A stretch of 25,669 nucleotides of DNA, from positions 1 through 25,669 of the IMG/VR virus record IMGVR_UViG_3300031519_000196; one strand, given 5' to 3'. Shown here in pieces: positions 8,939 to 18,605 of the stretch. The DNA is from a virus. Its lineage: Duplodnaviria > Caudoviricetes. Position numbers and translations under genes: made by a program. Every line of letters starts with the position of its first letter. Positions within the stretch are counted from its first letter, which is position 1. The notes under the pieces are model-generated. The model did no database searches and was not told the origin of the DNA. It saw nothing but the letters and a program-made list of their open reading frames with translations.

Positions 8939-11563
8939 ATGGCAAAACAAGGTAGATCGACTGTTTCTATTCGTAACCCTACAGCTGGCGATAGCGCAGG
9001 AATCCCTGCTCCTCAAGCACTTGTGACGCCAAGAATAATAGCTGATCAAAGTGCGGGACAAACGTCAGCAATCATGGCTGCGTTCTTTAACTTTGGCTCT
9101 AATAAAGCTGAAGAACAGCTTGACAAAAGTCTTGAAAAGAGAGCTAAAGCCGCTGCTGCTCAAGGCACTAAAGATGCCCAACTAGATGCAGCTATGGGTG
9201 TGACATCAGTATCAAAAGAGATCTCCGAAAAACACTCAGGGGCTTATGGAACATCGTATGCAAGCGCGTTAGGACACATAACGGCTGCTAAAGCTGAAAC
9301 ACAGTATGCTTCTGATTTTATCGTTAATCAAGTACCACCAGATAAGGCAGCAAAATTTCGTCAAGATTGGTTTAATGAAAACTTTGCCAACGGTACTGGA
9401 AATCCGTTTCATGACAACGCTTTTGTAGATGCGTGGTCTAAAAACACTGTAGACCTAAACCACAAAAACATGGTGGCAGCTAGTAAAAACGCTGTTATCA
9501 GGGCTAGAGAATTTGTCAATACTGCAGTAAACCAACAAATAGCTGGGTCAGACCACGTCCCTAATGCTACTGCGTTTGAGTCGCAGATGTTACAAATTCG
9601 TGCTGCATACCCAAACGAGACTCAAGGCCAAAGTGCAGCACGTTTGATGTCCATGTATGCCGATAAAGCTTCTGAAACAATAGGCGGAACAAAGTCGTTC
9701 TTTGCACTTCTTAGGGCTCCTTTGTTCCAAGATCCTCAGTATGCAGCAGAGGTCGGCGCTCCTAGAGTATCGTTCGCAGATCGTTTTCCAAAAGAATCTA
9801 AGGTCTTAGAGCAACAAACCTTTGATAAACTCAAAAAGTTTACGACATTTGCTGGCTCACAAGCTGTAGCATCTTTAGATTCACAGGCTACAGCAGCTTC
9901 AGCAGCTATTACTAACATCAGCGACATGGGGTCGTTATATCAGGCTCAAGCGGCGCTAGTCGATCTTCAAGCGCAACGGATGATGTTAGAAAAAACACCA
10001 GGCACTGGTGGAGCAAGAGCTGCTCTTGATACTAAGCTTTCTAAAGCACTGAATGATTTTAACATTGTTCGTAATAGTGTTCAATCTATTGAAATACTTA
10101 CTACTTTTTCACCAGGAACGCCTAGACATGAACAGGCATTAAACTCCTGGACTAGCCTTACCACAGCGCAAAGAGAAACAGCGGCGGAGATTATGACAAA
10201 CGGCGCTAACCTTGATGTACTAGACGACGCCCAGCAGGTCCACAGTCAGCTGTCGGCTGTTAAGGGCACAGGCGCTCCTGTTCCGGCAGCGTTTGGTAAA
10301 CTCCTGTCAAGCGAATGGATGACTGGTGACCAAAACAAAATGTCTGGGGTCTTGTCGATCTTTAAGCAAATAGATCCAGACGGTTCTTATGCCGAAGAGG
10401 TTTTCAAAAAGGACCAAATGAACGCCGCTCTTCTACAGTCCGCTAGAGTTAACGGTGTTGAACAAACGATATCTTTGATGACCGACCCAAACTACAAAGC
10501 GGAATTTGAAGCCGCTGCTGCTTTGATGGATGGCAAGTCGGAAAACCTTGGGCGCGTATTAACAGGAGGAAGTGAAAGTGACAAAGACAAGCTAAACACC
10601 GCAGTAACAAACTTCAAAAAATCTCTTGGTCAGGCGTTAGACCAACAGACGACATGGTTAACAAACGGGAAGAGTCTAAACGCGGCGGCGATGCAAGAAG
10701 TTGAGAGGATGATTCCGTCTGAAGTAGCCTTGTTAAAAGTAAGCCCGCAAGGCTTCTCACCAGACAATCTTGTAGACGCGATTGTTTCTAGGTTGAAAGA
10801 CCGTACAGCTCCGTATCCAAATCATGTGGGTCTTATGCCAGCACCACAAGACCGTGTTTATGTGGGGGACAAACCAGCTGGCGCTTTTGGCAATCAGATG
10901 CCAGCACGCTTTGGAAGAGAAGGCCTTGCGTTCAACGGTATTTACTTTGGAGGCAGTGTACAAGTAGCTTGGAAAGGAGATCCTCAGAACACTTTTAAAA
11001 ACGCGCAGGACAGCGTGGCTGCCTTAGGAAACAGGATCTCTGGTACTGAAGGCTCCATTGATACTTCAGATATGTTCGTCACTTTGGGGGACGGAGCAAA
11101 AAGCGGCTTTGGTCTGGTAAGGCAAAATAATGGAGCAGAGGTCGTACTGGTTGCAGGACAAACGTTTAAAACACAACCTAGAATATCTAGGTTCCCTAGT
11201 ACGGCATATGGTGAAGTTCTTGAAGCGCAGGAATTTAAAATAACTGGAATCTATGAACAGGACAACATTAACGTCAGGAAGCACTTTGGCGAAGAGTTTC
11301 AAATAGTTCCGATTGGTAATGGCTCACATTATTTAACAGTGTTACCACACGCTGTAGGCGTTCCTGACATTAAAAACAGACAACCTCCGGCAGAATCTCT
11401 AACAGAAGCACGCACGGCTGCACAAAAGATGGAAGCTGAAAAACAACGAATGATTGAACGTACGGGCAAAAGCCAATTTGAACTTAACGCAGGAGATGCT
11501 TTAGCAGGAGCGCCTTCTTCCTCAACAGTGATGAACGCGCTGAACAGTGGAGGGACACCGTAA
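8939..11563 (+). CDS. Internal virion protein (gp15-like ejection protein)
   Basis: 874-aa Ala-rich helical protein following the gp14-like gene, with an AAGGA RBS. Assigned by size and synteny only. Confidence 0.65.
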   Translation: MAKQGRSTVSIRNPTAGDSAGIPAPQALVTPRIIADQSAGQTSAIMAAFFNFGSNKAEEQLDKSLEKRAKAAAAQGTKDAQLDAAMGVTSVSKEISEKHSGAYGTSYASALGHITAAKAETQYASDFIVNQVPPDKAAKFRQDWFNENFANGTGNPFHDNAFVDAWSKNTVDLNHKNMVAASKNAVIRAREFVNTAVNQQIAGSDHVPNATAFESQMLQIRAAYPNETQGQSAARLMSMYADKASETIGGTKSFFALLRAPLFQDPQYAAEVGAPRVSFADRFPKESKVLEQQTFDKLKKFTTFAGSQAVASLDSQATAASAAITNISDMGSLYQAQAALVDLQAQRMMLEKTPGTGGARAALDTKLSKALNDFNIVRNSVQSIEILTTFSPGTPRHEQALNSWTSLTTAQRETAAEIMTNGANLDVLDDAQQVHSQLSAVKGTGAPVPAAFGKLLSSEWMTGDQNKMSGVLSIFKQIDPDGSYAEEVFKKDQMNAALLQSARVNGVEQTISLMTDPNYKAEFEAAAALMDGKSENLGRVLTGGSESDKDKLNTAVTNFKKSLGQALDQQTTWLTNGKSLNAAAMQEVERMIPSEVALLKVSPQGFSPDNLVDAIVSRLKDRTAPYPNHVGLMPAPQDRVYVGDKPAGAFGNQMPARFGREGLAFNGIYFGGSVQVAWKGDPQNTFKNAQDSVAALGNRISGTEGSIDTSDMFVTLGDGAKSGFGLVRQNNGAEVVLVAGQTFKTQPRISRFPSTAYGEVLEAQEFKITGIYEQDNINVRKHFGEEFQIVPIGNGSHYLTVLPHAVGVPDIKNRQPPAESLTEARTAAQKMEAEKQRMIERTGKSQFELNAGDALAGAPSSSTVMNALNSGGTP

Positions 11564-13515
11564 TGGCACAAGATGATCGTAAAAACCAAACTAACTCTCC
11601 AGGTCTTTATGAACAGTTTGCAGAAATTGTGAATCCTGAAGTTCAGAAAATGATGTTAAACGCTGTGTCTGGTGAGACTTATTTCGAGCTGTTTCAAAAG
11701 GCTTCAAACAGTATTCTTAAGCGGCTTGGGCTCTTGTCGCCCACCTCTGGACTAACGACCCCTGAAAACCAAATAGATCCTTACAGAATCCTAGCGGCCA
11801 ATGGTTCTAAGAATACTTCTGTTTTCGATGACGTTGAGGCACACGTCCAACAGACAAACTCGTTTAATCCCTATAATGAAACCCAACAACCTAACGATCC
11901 TGAAGATCGTGAAGAATACAAACGCACCCAACACTTAGCAATTCTTGAGGCAAATCAAATGTTCGACGCGCTTCTTCAAGAAAACGATTTTCAATTAGAT
12001 CCCTTAACCAACAACGAGCGCGCTTCGTACATTAGCCACATGCTAGGGAAGCCACAAGATCAACGTGCTGCATTGGCTAAGAAGCTTGTAAACAGGGATC
12101 TAAAGGCGCTTGAAGACCTTAATCCAATCAACGCTTTCCTTGCGAACTTTGATCCAGAGGCCCAGATGGAAGATCTGGAAGTGCCTGCGAATATAGCAGC
12201 AGGCGTTGATGGTGTTGGGGGCGGTGCGCCGTTTGCTCCTGTCTTTATACAAGCAATAGACAAGGTAGAATCGGGAACAGGTGGGTATAACACGCTATAC
12301 GCTAATGCTGATTCTACAGAGTTCTCTGACGTAAAAGTAAGTGAAATGACGTTAGACGAGCTGGTTACTTTTTCTAGGCCGTCTAACGATTACGGAAGAT
12401 GGGTAAAGCCACGACTTGCTGAAGACAGTTATGCTCGTAAAAAAGGTTATACCTCAACGCCTATGGGGAAATATCAAATTGTAGGAACCACGTTGAAAAC
12501 AGCCATGAAACAAATGGGGCTAGACGGATCTGAGGTGTTCACACCTGAGCTACAAGACAGAATGGCTATGCATATTGGTAAAAAAGCACTAGGAAACAAG
12601 ACAGGTAAAGCAGCTATTTCGGCTCTCAAAAAGACATGGGAAGGTTTTAAAAAAGTATCAGATGAAGACCTTCTGAAAATTGCTGAAGAACTCAGGAACA
12701 GTTCAGACTCACAGGGTCGTCCGTTCCTACGTCCTGAGGTAGGCGCTGAGGTTACTCAAGGCAGTATGCTAGGTGGTGTTGTATCTTCAATCAGGTCTGC
12801 CTTAGGTCTAGGGTCAGACGAAGAAGCTCAGTCAGTAGCTGAGAAACTTATGCAGAGTGGTGTCATTCCTCGTAGACCTGAGGGGCTTAGTATTGACCAG
12901 GAGTCAACAGGTGAGTCTTTAGTTGGTGAGGTTAACTTAGAAAACTCTACTAAAAAAATTAGATACACAACTGAATCTGCCTTTAATAAACTTGTCCCTT
13001 CTAATGCTAGAGCTATGGTAAGAGATGTTTTATATAACCAACTAGGTATTGACCAAACAAAGATAATGCGTAATGAAGACTTCCTGTCTAAGGAGACCCA
13101 AGCTACAGCTAAAGCCTATATCCTTAAGAAGATAGCTGGAAGTAACAAAAGGAAAGGGGTTATAGAGTACAAAGATTACCCCTCTGGTGTAGAAGGTGTA
13201 AAATATGACGGTAATATTGATAAGTCACACTTCACTAATCCTGAAATGCTTTTAAAAACTACCTTAGGTGCTTTCACTTGGTACATTAATGAGGATGACG
13301 AGATCATTATAAAAGATAGGTTTAACTTTAATGATTCTGAAAAATTCAAAAAGGCTAATCCAACCCTTAAAGACAAGATTAAGAATCTTAAAAATTACTA
13401 TGACAATCCTAAGACAGGAACCTATGGTCTAGTCCGTAGAGCAGCAGCTTTGTTTGGCTCTAGTGAAGGAGAAGGTGCAGGCTTTAATATTAACTTAGGT
13501 AAGCTAGAGAAGTAG
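11563..13515 (+). CDS. Multi-domain protein with a lysozyme-like (lambda R / transglycosylase-type) domain; probable virion-associated peptidoglycan hydrolase or endolysin
   Basis: About nt 12245-12700 encodes AIDKVESGTGGYNTLY...MTLDEL...STPMGKYQIVGTTLK...GLDGSEVFTPELQDRMA, with the catalytic ES, GxYQ and FTPxxQD motifs of the lysozyme superfamily. Start overlaps the previous stop (TAATG). Confidence 0.75.
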   Translation: MAQDDRKNQTNSPGLYEQFAEIVNPEVQKMMLNAVSGETYFELFQKASNSILKRLGLLSPTSGLTTPENQIDPYRILAANGSKNTSVFDDVEAHVQQTNSFNPYNETQQPNDPEDREEYKRTQHLAILEANQMFDALLQENDFQLDPLTNNERASYISHMLGKPQDQRAALAKKLVNRDLKALEDLNPINAFLANFDPEAQMEDLEVPANIAAGVDGVGGGAPFAPVFIQAIDKVESGTGGYNTLYANADSTEFSDVKVSEMTLDELVTFSRPSNDYGRWVKPRLAEDSYARKKGYTSTPMGKYQIVGTTLKTAMKQMGLDGSEVFTPELQDRMAMHIGKKALGNKTGKAAISALKKTWEGFKKVSDEDLLKIAEELRNSSDSQGRPFLRPEVGAEVTQGSMLGGVVSSIRSALGLGSDEEAQSVAEKLMQSGVIPRRPEGLSIDQESTGESLVGEVNLENSTKKIRYTTESAFNKLVPSNARAMVRDVLYNQLGIDQTKIMRNEDFLSKETQATAKAYILKKIAGSNKRKGVIEYKDYPSGVEGVKYDGNIDKSHFTNPEMLLKTTLGAFTWYINEDDEIIIKDRFNFNDSEKFKKANPTLKDKIKNLKNYYDNPKTGTYGLVRRAAALFGSSEGEGAGFNINLGKLEK

Positions 13516-13518
13516 ATC

Positions 13519-13959
13519 ATGGGTGGTTTACCTTTAGAACTAATAACCATGCTGGGCTCAAGCCTGATGTCTGGCGTCATGACCCTATGGGGCCAAAGTG
13601 CTAAAGCTAAACAAGAGGCCTTCCAACGCTCCATCGATGGACTTGCAGCAAAGACCAAAGCTACAGACGTAGCGCGACGCTATGAGAACAAAGGGTTCCA
13701 AGTCACACGTCGTATCATCGCCCTGTCAGCTGTAGGCGCTGTGATCGTATGGCCTAAGGTCGTTCCGGTCTTTTGGCCTGAGATCCCTGTGACCGTAGGG
13801 TACACAGAGTGGCACCCTGGCTTCTTGTTCTTCTCAGGACAAGAGGAAACAGTGTGGCGCGCAATGAGCGGATTGATCCTAACGCCGCTAGATACTCATC
13901 TCCTTAGCGCCATCGTCGGTATGTACTTTGGTGCTTCAATGGTTAAGAACGCGAGGTAA
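13519..13959 (+). CDS. Membrane protein, probable holin (3TM holin-like)
   Basis: Hydrophobic segments (LITMLGSSLMSGVMTLW, IIALSAVGAVIVWPKVV, LLSAIVGMYFG) and a C-terminal YFG plus basic tail. Directly follows the muralytic gene. Confidence 0.6.
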   Translation: MGGLPLELITMLGSSLMSGVMTLWGQSAKAKQEAFQRSIDGLAAKTKATDVARRYENKGFQVTRRIIALSAVGAVIVWPKVVPVFWPEIPVTVGYTEWHPGFLFFSGQEETVWRAMSGLILTPLDTHLLSAIVGMYFGASMVKNAR

Positions 13960-13963
13960 TCTA

Positions 13964-14119
13964 ATGAAAAAACCTGGGCTCTATGCAAACATCCACGCAA
14001 AGCGTAAGCGCATTGCCGCTGGATCTAAAGAGACTATGCGTAAGGCGGGAGCTAAAGGCGCTCCTACAGCCAAGGACTTTAAGAAGTCTGCTAAAACAGC
14101 TAAGAGGAAGTACAAGTAG
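13964..14119 (+). CDS. Small highly basic (Lys/Ala-rich) protein, 51 aa
   Basis: MKKPGLYANIHAKRKRIAAGSKETMRKAGAKGAPTAKDFKKSAKTAKRKYK. A GAGGT RBS precedes ATG 13964 and the gene packs tightly between its neighbours. Confidence 0.8.
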   Translation: MKKPGLYANIHAKRKRIAAGSKETMRKAGAKGAPTAKDFKKSAKTAKRKYK

Positions 14120-14121
14120 AA

Positions 14122-17100
14122 ATGGCTGAAGATACTCCTTTTGGACCTACGGTGACCCCAGAACAACAGTTCGTGTCGCAGTATCTTGCTGATAGATTTA
14201 ATAACTTCAACGAACCATTGTCTAATAGTCCTACGACTATGGAGACAGCTGGTGCCATATGGCGACAAGAGACAATCATCGGTAGCCTGCTTGATATTGG
14301 TGTTTACGAAGACAGCCCAGGCAACTACGTCGTAGACAAAAGTTTTAATCCTCTAGCCTTTGCAAAAGAAAACGAAGAAACTTATAGCGATGTCTTGCCG
14401 TTCATCTACAGCGGAGAGTTTAATGATGTGTGGTCTCCAGAACAGTTTGAAGCACGAGCTACAAAGTATCGTAAAGAACTAGAAGACCGACGCATCATGC
14501 AAGAAGGAACAACCGCAGGCATGGTTGTTGGCATGGGCTTGGCTTTCTTAGATCTTCCGACTTTGATTCCTGTCTTCGGCATTGGGGCTAAGGCAGCGAC
14601 ATTAACTCGCGTAGGCCGCACGGCTCTCTTCGGTGCAGGTGTAACTGCTAGTCAAGAAGTTGTTCTACAGAACCTAAGAGACCAACGGACCATGATGGAG
14701 TCTGTCTACGGTGTGGCAGCTGGTGGCCTGTTTGGTGGTGCTATTGGTGGCCTGTCTGGTGTTCTAAGCAAGCGACACGTTCTACACCCAGAGAACCCTA
14801 ATAATCCGCTCAGACACGACGCACCTGAAGAATTTGTTATCATGCAGGAAGGGTCTGCACAGGCAGACGGTCTTAGGGTAAGCCGAGTAGAGAAGCCTGA
14901 TGGTACGTTCGTAACGACGTACTCTAAATTGGGTGATGATCCTACTTACAAATCAATACTTTCCTATCCAGACGAAGCAGGCAACACGGTCCACATCGAC
15001 CGTAACGCTCCTATTAGCCAGTTTGAAAACGGTCTTCCTACAGGAACTCAAAGACCTACTGGTCGCGTTGGTCCTGATGAAGCCGTTGATCTAAACGCAG
15101 GCCCAAGCACAGCTGGTGCTGCTCAGGTTAAAGCTGTAGAGGCCCCTGAAATTTTAAACATAGGCCGTCTGGGTCGGTTGATGTCCAGAGTTATTCCTAA
15201 ACTTCGTATTTTACAGTCGCCCATCAGTGAAGCACGAGACGTTGTGCAAAAGCTGACAGAATCAGGCGGTGTTCTGTTTAAAGATTCTGGGATAGGCAAA
15301 TCTCCAGGAATCACAGCTAGTGATATAAAAGCAATGGGTGAACTTACACACACAAAGTTTGCTATTGCTCAGAAGGAAAAAGCTTCCGAAATCATGAGGT
15401 TGTCTGGCGGAGCCTCAACACGAGCAGGACTGTCACGACAAGAGATTAAGGACGACGCACTAAGGTTTCTTGATGACTCTAAGAAGGTCTTCACAGGAGA
15501 TCCTCGTAAAAAGGTATACATCAAGACCGAGGGTCATCTACAAGAAGAAGAGATCGCTGCGTTAGTTCGTATGACAGCAATGCGATACGACGAGGCTAAC
15601 CCTATTGCAGATGCAGATGTAAAGAAGCTTAAAGCACGGTTTGGCGATAAGGGCACTGAAAAGATATTGGCTGGTGTTAAAACTATGGCCGACGATCTTC
15701 ATGCTTTCCACAAAGCTTCTGAAGATGCTCTTGTTAACGTTCTTGAAGTTCCCCCAGAGCAGCTCTTAGGCAAAGACTATGTCATGGCTCACATCTATCT
15801 TAGGGACGCTGTGGCTGCTGATCGTGCGGGCTTTGAAGAGATACTGCTTCGTAAGTTTCTGGATGATCCAACGGAAGATTTTCTAAACGACATTGACGGC
15901 TTTGGTGGGGCCATCACGCCTGACGAGTTTGCAGTTCTAGGCAAACAAGACATCACCATCAACGGTGTTGACTACACCACCAAGACAGGACTGGCAGCAA
16001 AGGTTGATATTCTTGAGTCTTGGTCTGGAGACGTGTACGAGCGCGCTCTTCTAGAAGCTGAGATAGAACTAGAAAAAGCGATTCAAGCTAAAAACGACTC
16101 AAAGAGTTTGGTTGTCGAGGCTGCTCGACTAACTGGTAAAACAAACACTGATATTAAAAAGACTGAAATTCAAAAAGCAGTTATTATAAAAGAAAAAAGT
16201 CTTAGAGAAGCGGCTGCAAAAAAAGCAGAACAAGAAACTGTAAAATTAGAAAAACAGCAAATAGACAACGAACTTAGTATTTTAGTAGAAGAACAGCGTG
16301 TTGGAATGGAAGCGTTTCTTGACACAAGCACTGAAGCCCGTCCTTTTATAAAAGCTTTAAAAGAAGCAAAAGAAGGACTAATAAAAGTAAACAAATGGCA
16401 AGGGTTTTACCAAAACATTTCTGAAGCTTACGATGACATGTTTTTAGCTCATAAAGCAATAAGACAGGCAAAGGACGATCTCCAACGCAAGCCTCTTGAA
16501 CTAGCAAAAGCAAAATTTGACCTTGAGACAAAGCATAGTCTGATTCTTTCTAGACTTACGCAAAAACAAAAGGGACTTGATGATAGACAGAAAGTGCTTG
16601 GTTATGAACTGAGCGCTTTAACAAAAAAGACAGACGCGCTAACAAAGGCTCTAGATGAACACACAGTTAATCTTGCAGACTTTCGGGCCAAAGCTAAAGC
16701 CTTGACTGCACGTCGTGTAGAGACAACGCGCCAAGCTAATTTAGACGAGACCGCTGCGAAGAAAGCTAAAAAACAAGCAAAAAAGAAAGGTGTGGACACT
16801 AGCGGTCGTAAACCTGACAAAGCTGAAACAGTTGAAGAAACACTAAAACGTATTAAATCAGAAAAGCTTGAAGACCCAAGTAAAAAGGCGCGGATGATCG
16901 CACGGGCCAAAGGTAAAGACGCGCCTGTCCACGAGTACGTTAAGCGCCTTGTGTCAGACATTGCGTCAGGCAATCGTCTCCCAGGGTCTATTGACGCCGT
17001 AGAGTCCTCCATGAGCAACCGCTTGAAGAAGCGTCAGATCAAGTGGACCAACGACGAGTTGGACGAGTTGTTCGATAGAGGCTTCATGAACGACGATCTG

Positions 17101-18600
17101 TACGCAACTGTGGATGCCACCAACAGAGAGCTGTCGTCACTGATAGGCCTTAAAATGAAGTATGGAACCACAGATACCATTAAGATCGTAAACGACGCTG
17201 TTGAGGCTGTGAACGAAAAGATCAGAGATCCTAACATCAGTGATCGATACAAGCGTCAGCTAGAGACACACGCTAAAGACGTTAAAGCTTCTCTTACAGG
17301 AATGTTTGACGAGTACATGGGTCGTGCGGGTCCAAAGTATTCAGACAACAATTTGGCAAACACAATGGCGTGGTCTGCTCACAGGCTTAGGCAGTACGCC
17401 CATGCTATCCACGGTCCAGGGTTTATGATTGGGTCTTTTACTGACTTTGCCCAGAAGGCTTTGGTCAACGGGTATCACGCTGACAGCGCTTTGTTGATGC
17501 GTAATGCTGCGGACATGTTCAAAGGCTTGCCCAAGTCTGAGTTACAAATCATTGTAACACACTTAGAAGGCATGATGACAAACAACAGACAGATGGCAAT
17601 GAATGGCGTTGAGCAAGAACGTCTGTCAGGAGGCTTAGGTCAACAAGGAAGCAAGCTTAACGCAATAACGAGTCTATTTGGACGGACTATGGATAGTCTT
17701 TCCAACGGTGTGTCCATCTACGGCGCTATGCAGTGGTGGAACACACGCGGCAAGCTAACAGCTCTAAATGCCATGCAGCACCACTTGGTCAAAGACATAG
17801 GTGACTACGAGGCTGTATTGGCAAAGGCTACTGCCGGAGACCTGAAGGCACAAAAGCTTATTGCCAAGTACGCTAGCTTTAACTTAGATCGAGAAAACAT
17901 GGCTCTCATCAAGAAGATGATAGACAAGTACCCACCTGTAAACAACAAGGGTGTGTTCGAACTAGATTGGCATCGTTGGCACGAAGCAGGCCCTGACGGT
18001 GATCAGGCCGTAAAGGTACTCCAAACAGCCATGATGCGTAACGCTAACCAAGCGATTACTACTCCAGGCGTTGGTGATAAGCCTTTGTTCATGGCTGAAC
18101 CAACTTGGAAAACAGTGTTTCAGTTCCAAACTTTTGGGTTCGTTGCGGTCCCTAAGACCATATTGCCTGCCATACAGCGTGGGCTGAATTTCAAAGACAC
18201 AGAGATTCTCTTGTACTTGGCACATGTGGCTGCCCTTGGTAGCATGGTTCTTGTTGCAAAAGATCTCATCAGAGACGGTAAAGTCAAAGAGCGCACCAAA
18301 GCCGAATGGGGTTATGACATCATTGACCGATCAGGACTAACAGCATTCGCAAGCCAACCAACGGCGGCTCTTGTGGCTGTCGTTGCTGAGTTAACTGGTA
18401 TTCCAATGAGCCAAGGTCGATACGGCGACGCACCTATCACAGGGCTTCTTGCCGGACCAGTTGGAGGCGCGCTTGATAATACTGTATCAGCAGCGCAAAA
18501 CGCAATATCAGGCGACGGTGGTCGCGCTGTTAAAAACCTAGGTAGGGTTGTTCCTTTCAAAATCGTCATCGACGCCCTCAGCAATTTAAACTCGGAGTAG
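14122..18600 (+). CDS. Large internal virion protein (gp16-like ejection protein), 1492 aa
   Basis: Largest ORF, directly before the tail fibres. Has a Gly/Ala hydrophobic N-terminal region (GGLFGGAIGGLSG) and a C-terminal ITTPGVGDKP...VFQFQTFGF motif like gp16 homologues. Confidence 0.8.
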   Translation: MAEDTPFGPTVTPEQQFVSQYLADRFNNFNEPLSNSPTTMETAGAIWRQETIIGSLLDIGVYEDSPGNYVVDKSFNPLAFAKENEETYSDVLPFIYSGEFNDVWSPEQFEARATKYRKELEDRRIMQEGTTAGMVVGMGLAFLDLPTLIPVFGIGAKAATLTRVGRTALFGAGVTASQEVVLQNLRDQRTMMESVYGVAAGGLFGGAIGGLSGVLSKRHVLHPENPNNPLRHDAPEEFVIMQEGSAQADGLRVSRVEKPDGTFVTTYSKLGDDPTYKSILSYPDEAGNTVHIDRNAPISQFENGLPTGTQRPTGRVGPDEAVDLNAGPSTAGAAQVKAVEAPEILNIGRLGRLMSRVIPKLRILQSPISEARDVVQKLTESGGVLFKDSGIGKSPGITASDIKAMGELTHTKFAIAQKEKASEIMRLSGGASTRAGLSRQEIKDDALRFLDDSKKVFTGDPRKKVYIKTEGHLQEEEIAALVRMTAMRYDEANPIADADVKKLKARFGDKGTEKILAGVKTMADDLHAFHKASEDALVNVLEVPPEQLLGKDYVMAHIYLRDAVAADRAGFEEILLRKFLDDPTEDFLNDIDGFGGAITPDEFAVLGKQDITINGVDYTTKTGLAAKVDILESWSGDVYERALLEAEIELEKAIQAKNDSKSLVVEAARLTGKTNTDIKKTEIQKAVIIKEKSLREAAAKKAEQETVKLEKQQIDNELSILVEEQRVGMEAFLDTSTEARPFIKALKEAKEGLIKVNKWQGFYQNISEAYDDMFLAHKAIRQAKDDLQRKPLELAKAKFDLETKHSLILSRLTQKQKGLDDRQKVLGYELSALTKKTDALTKALDEHTVNLADFRAKAKALTARRVETTRQANLDETAAKKAKKQAKKKGVDTSGRKPDKAETVEETLKRIKSEKLEDPSKKARMIARAKGKDAPVHEYVKRLVSDIASGNRLPGSIDAVESSMSNRLKKRQIKWTNDELDELFDRGFMNDDLYATVDATNRELSSLIGLKMKYGTTDTIKIVNDAVEAVNEKIRDPNISDRYKRQLETHAKDVKASLTGMFDEYMGRAGPKYSDNNLANTMAWSAHRLRQYAHAIHGPGFMIGSFTDFAQKALVNGYHADSALLMRNAADMFKGLPKSELQIIVTHLEGMMTNNRQMAMNGVEQERLSGGLGQQGSKLNAITSLFGRTMDSLSNGVSIYGAMQWWNTRGKLTALNAMQHHLVKDIGDYEAVLAKATAGDLKAQKLIAKYASFNLDRENMALIKKMIDKYPPVNNKGVFELDWHRWHEAGPDGDQAVKVLQTAMMRNANQAITTPGVGDKPLFMAEPTWKTVFQFQTFGFVAVPKTILPAIQRGLNFKDTEILLYLAHVAALGSMVLVAKDLIRDGKVKERTKAEWGYDIIDRSGLTAFASQPTAALVAVVAELTGIPMSQGRYGDAPITGLLAGPVGGALDNTVSAAQNAISGDGGRAVKNLGRVVPFKIVIDALSNLNSE

Positions 18601-18605
18601 AACTA

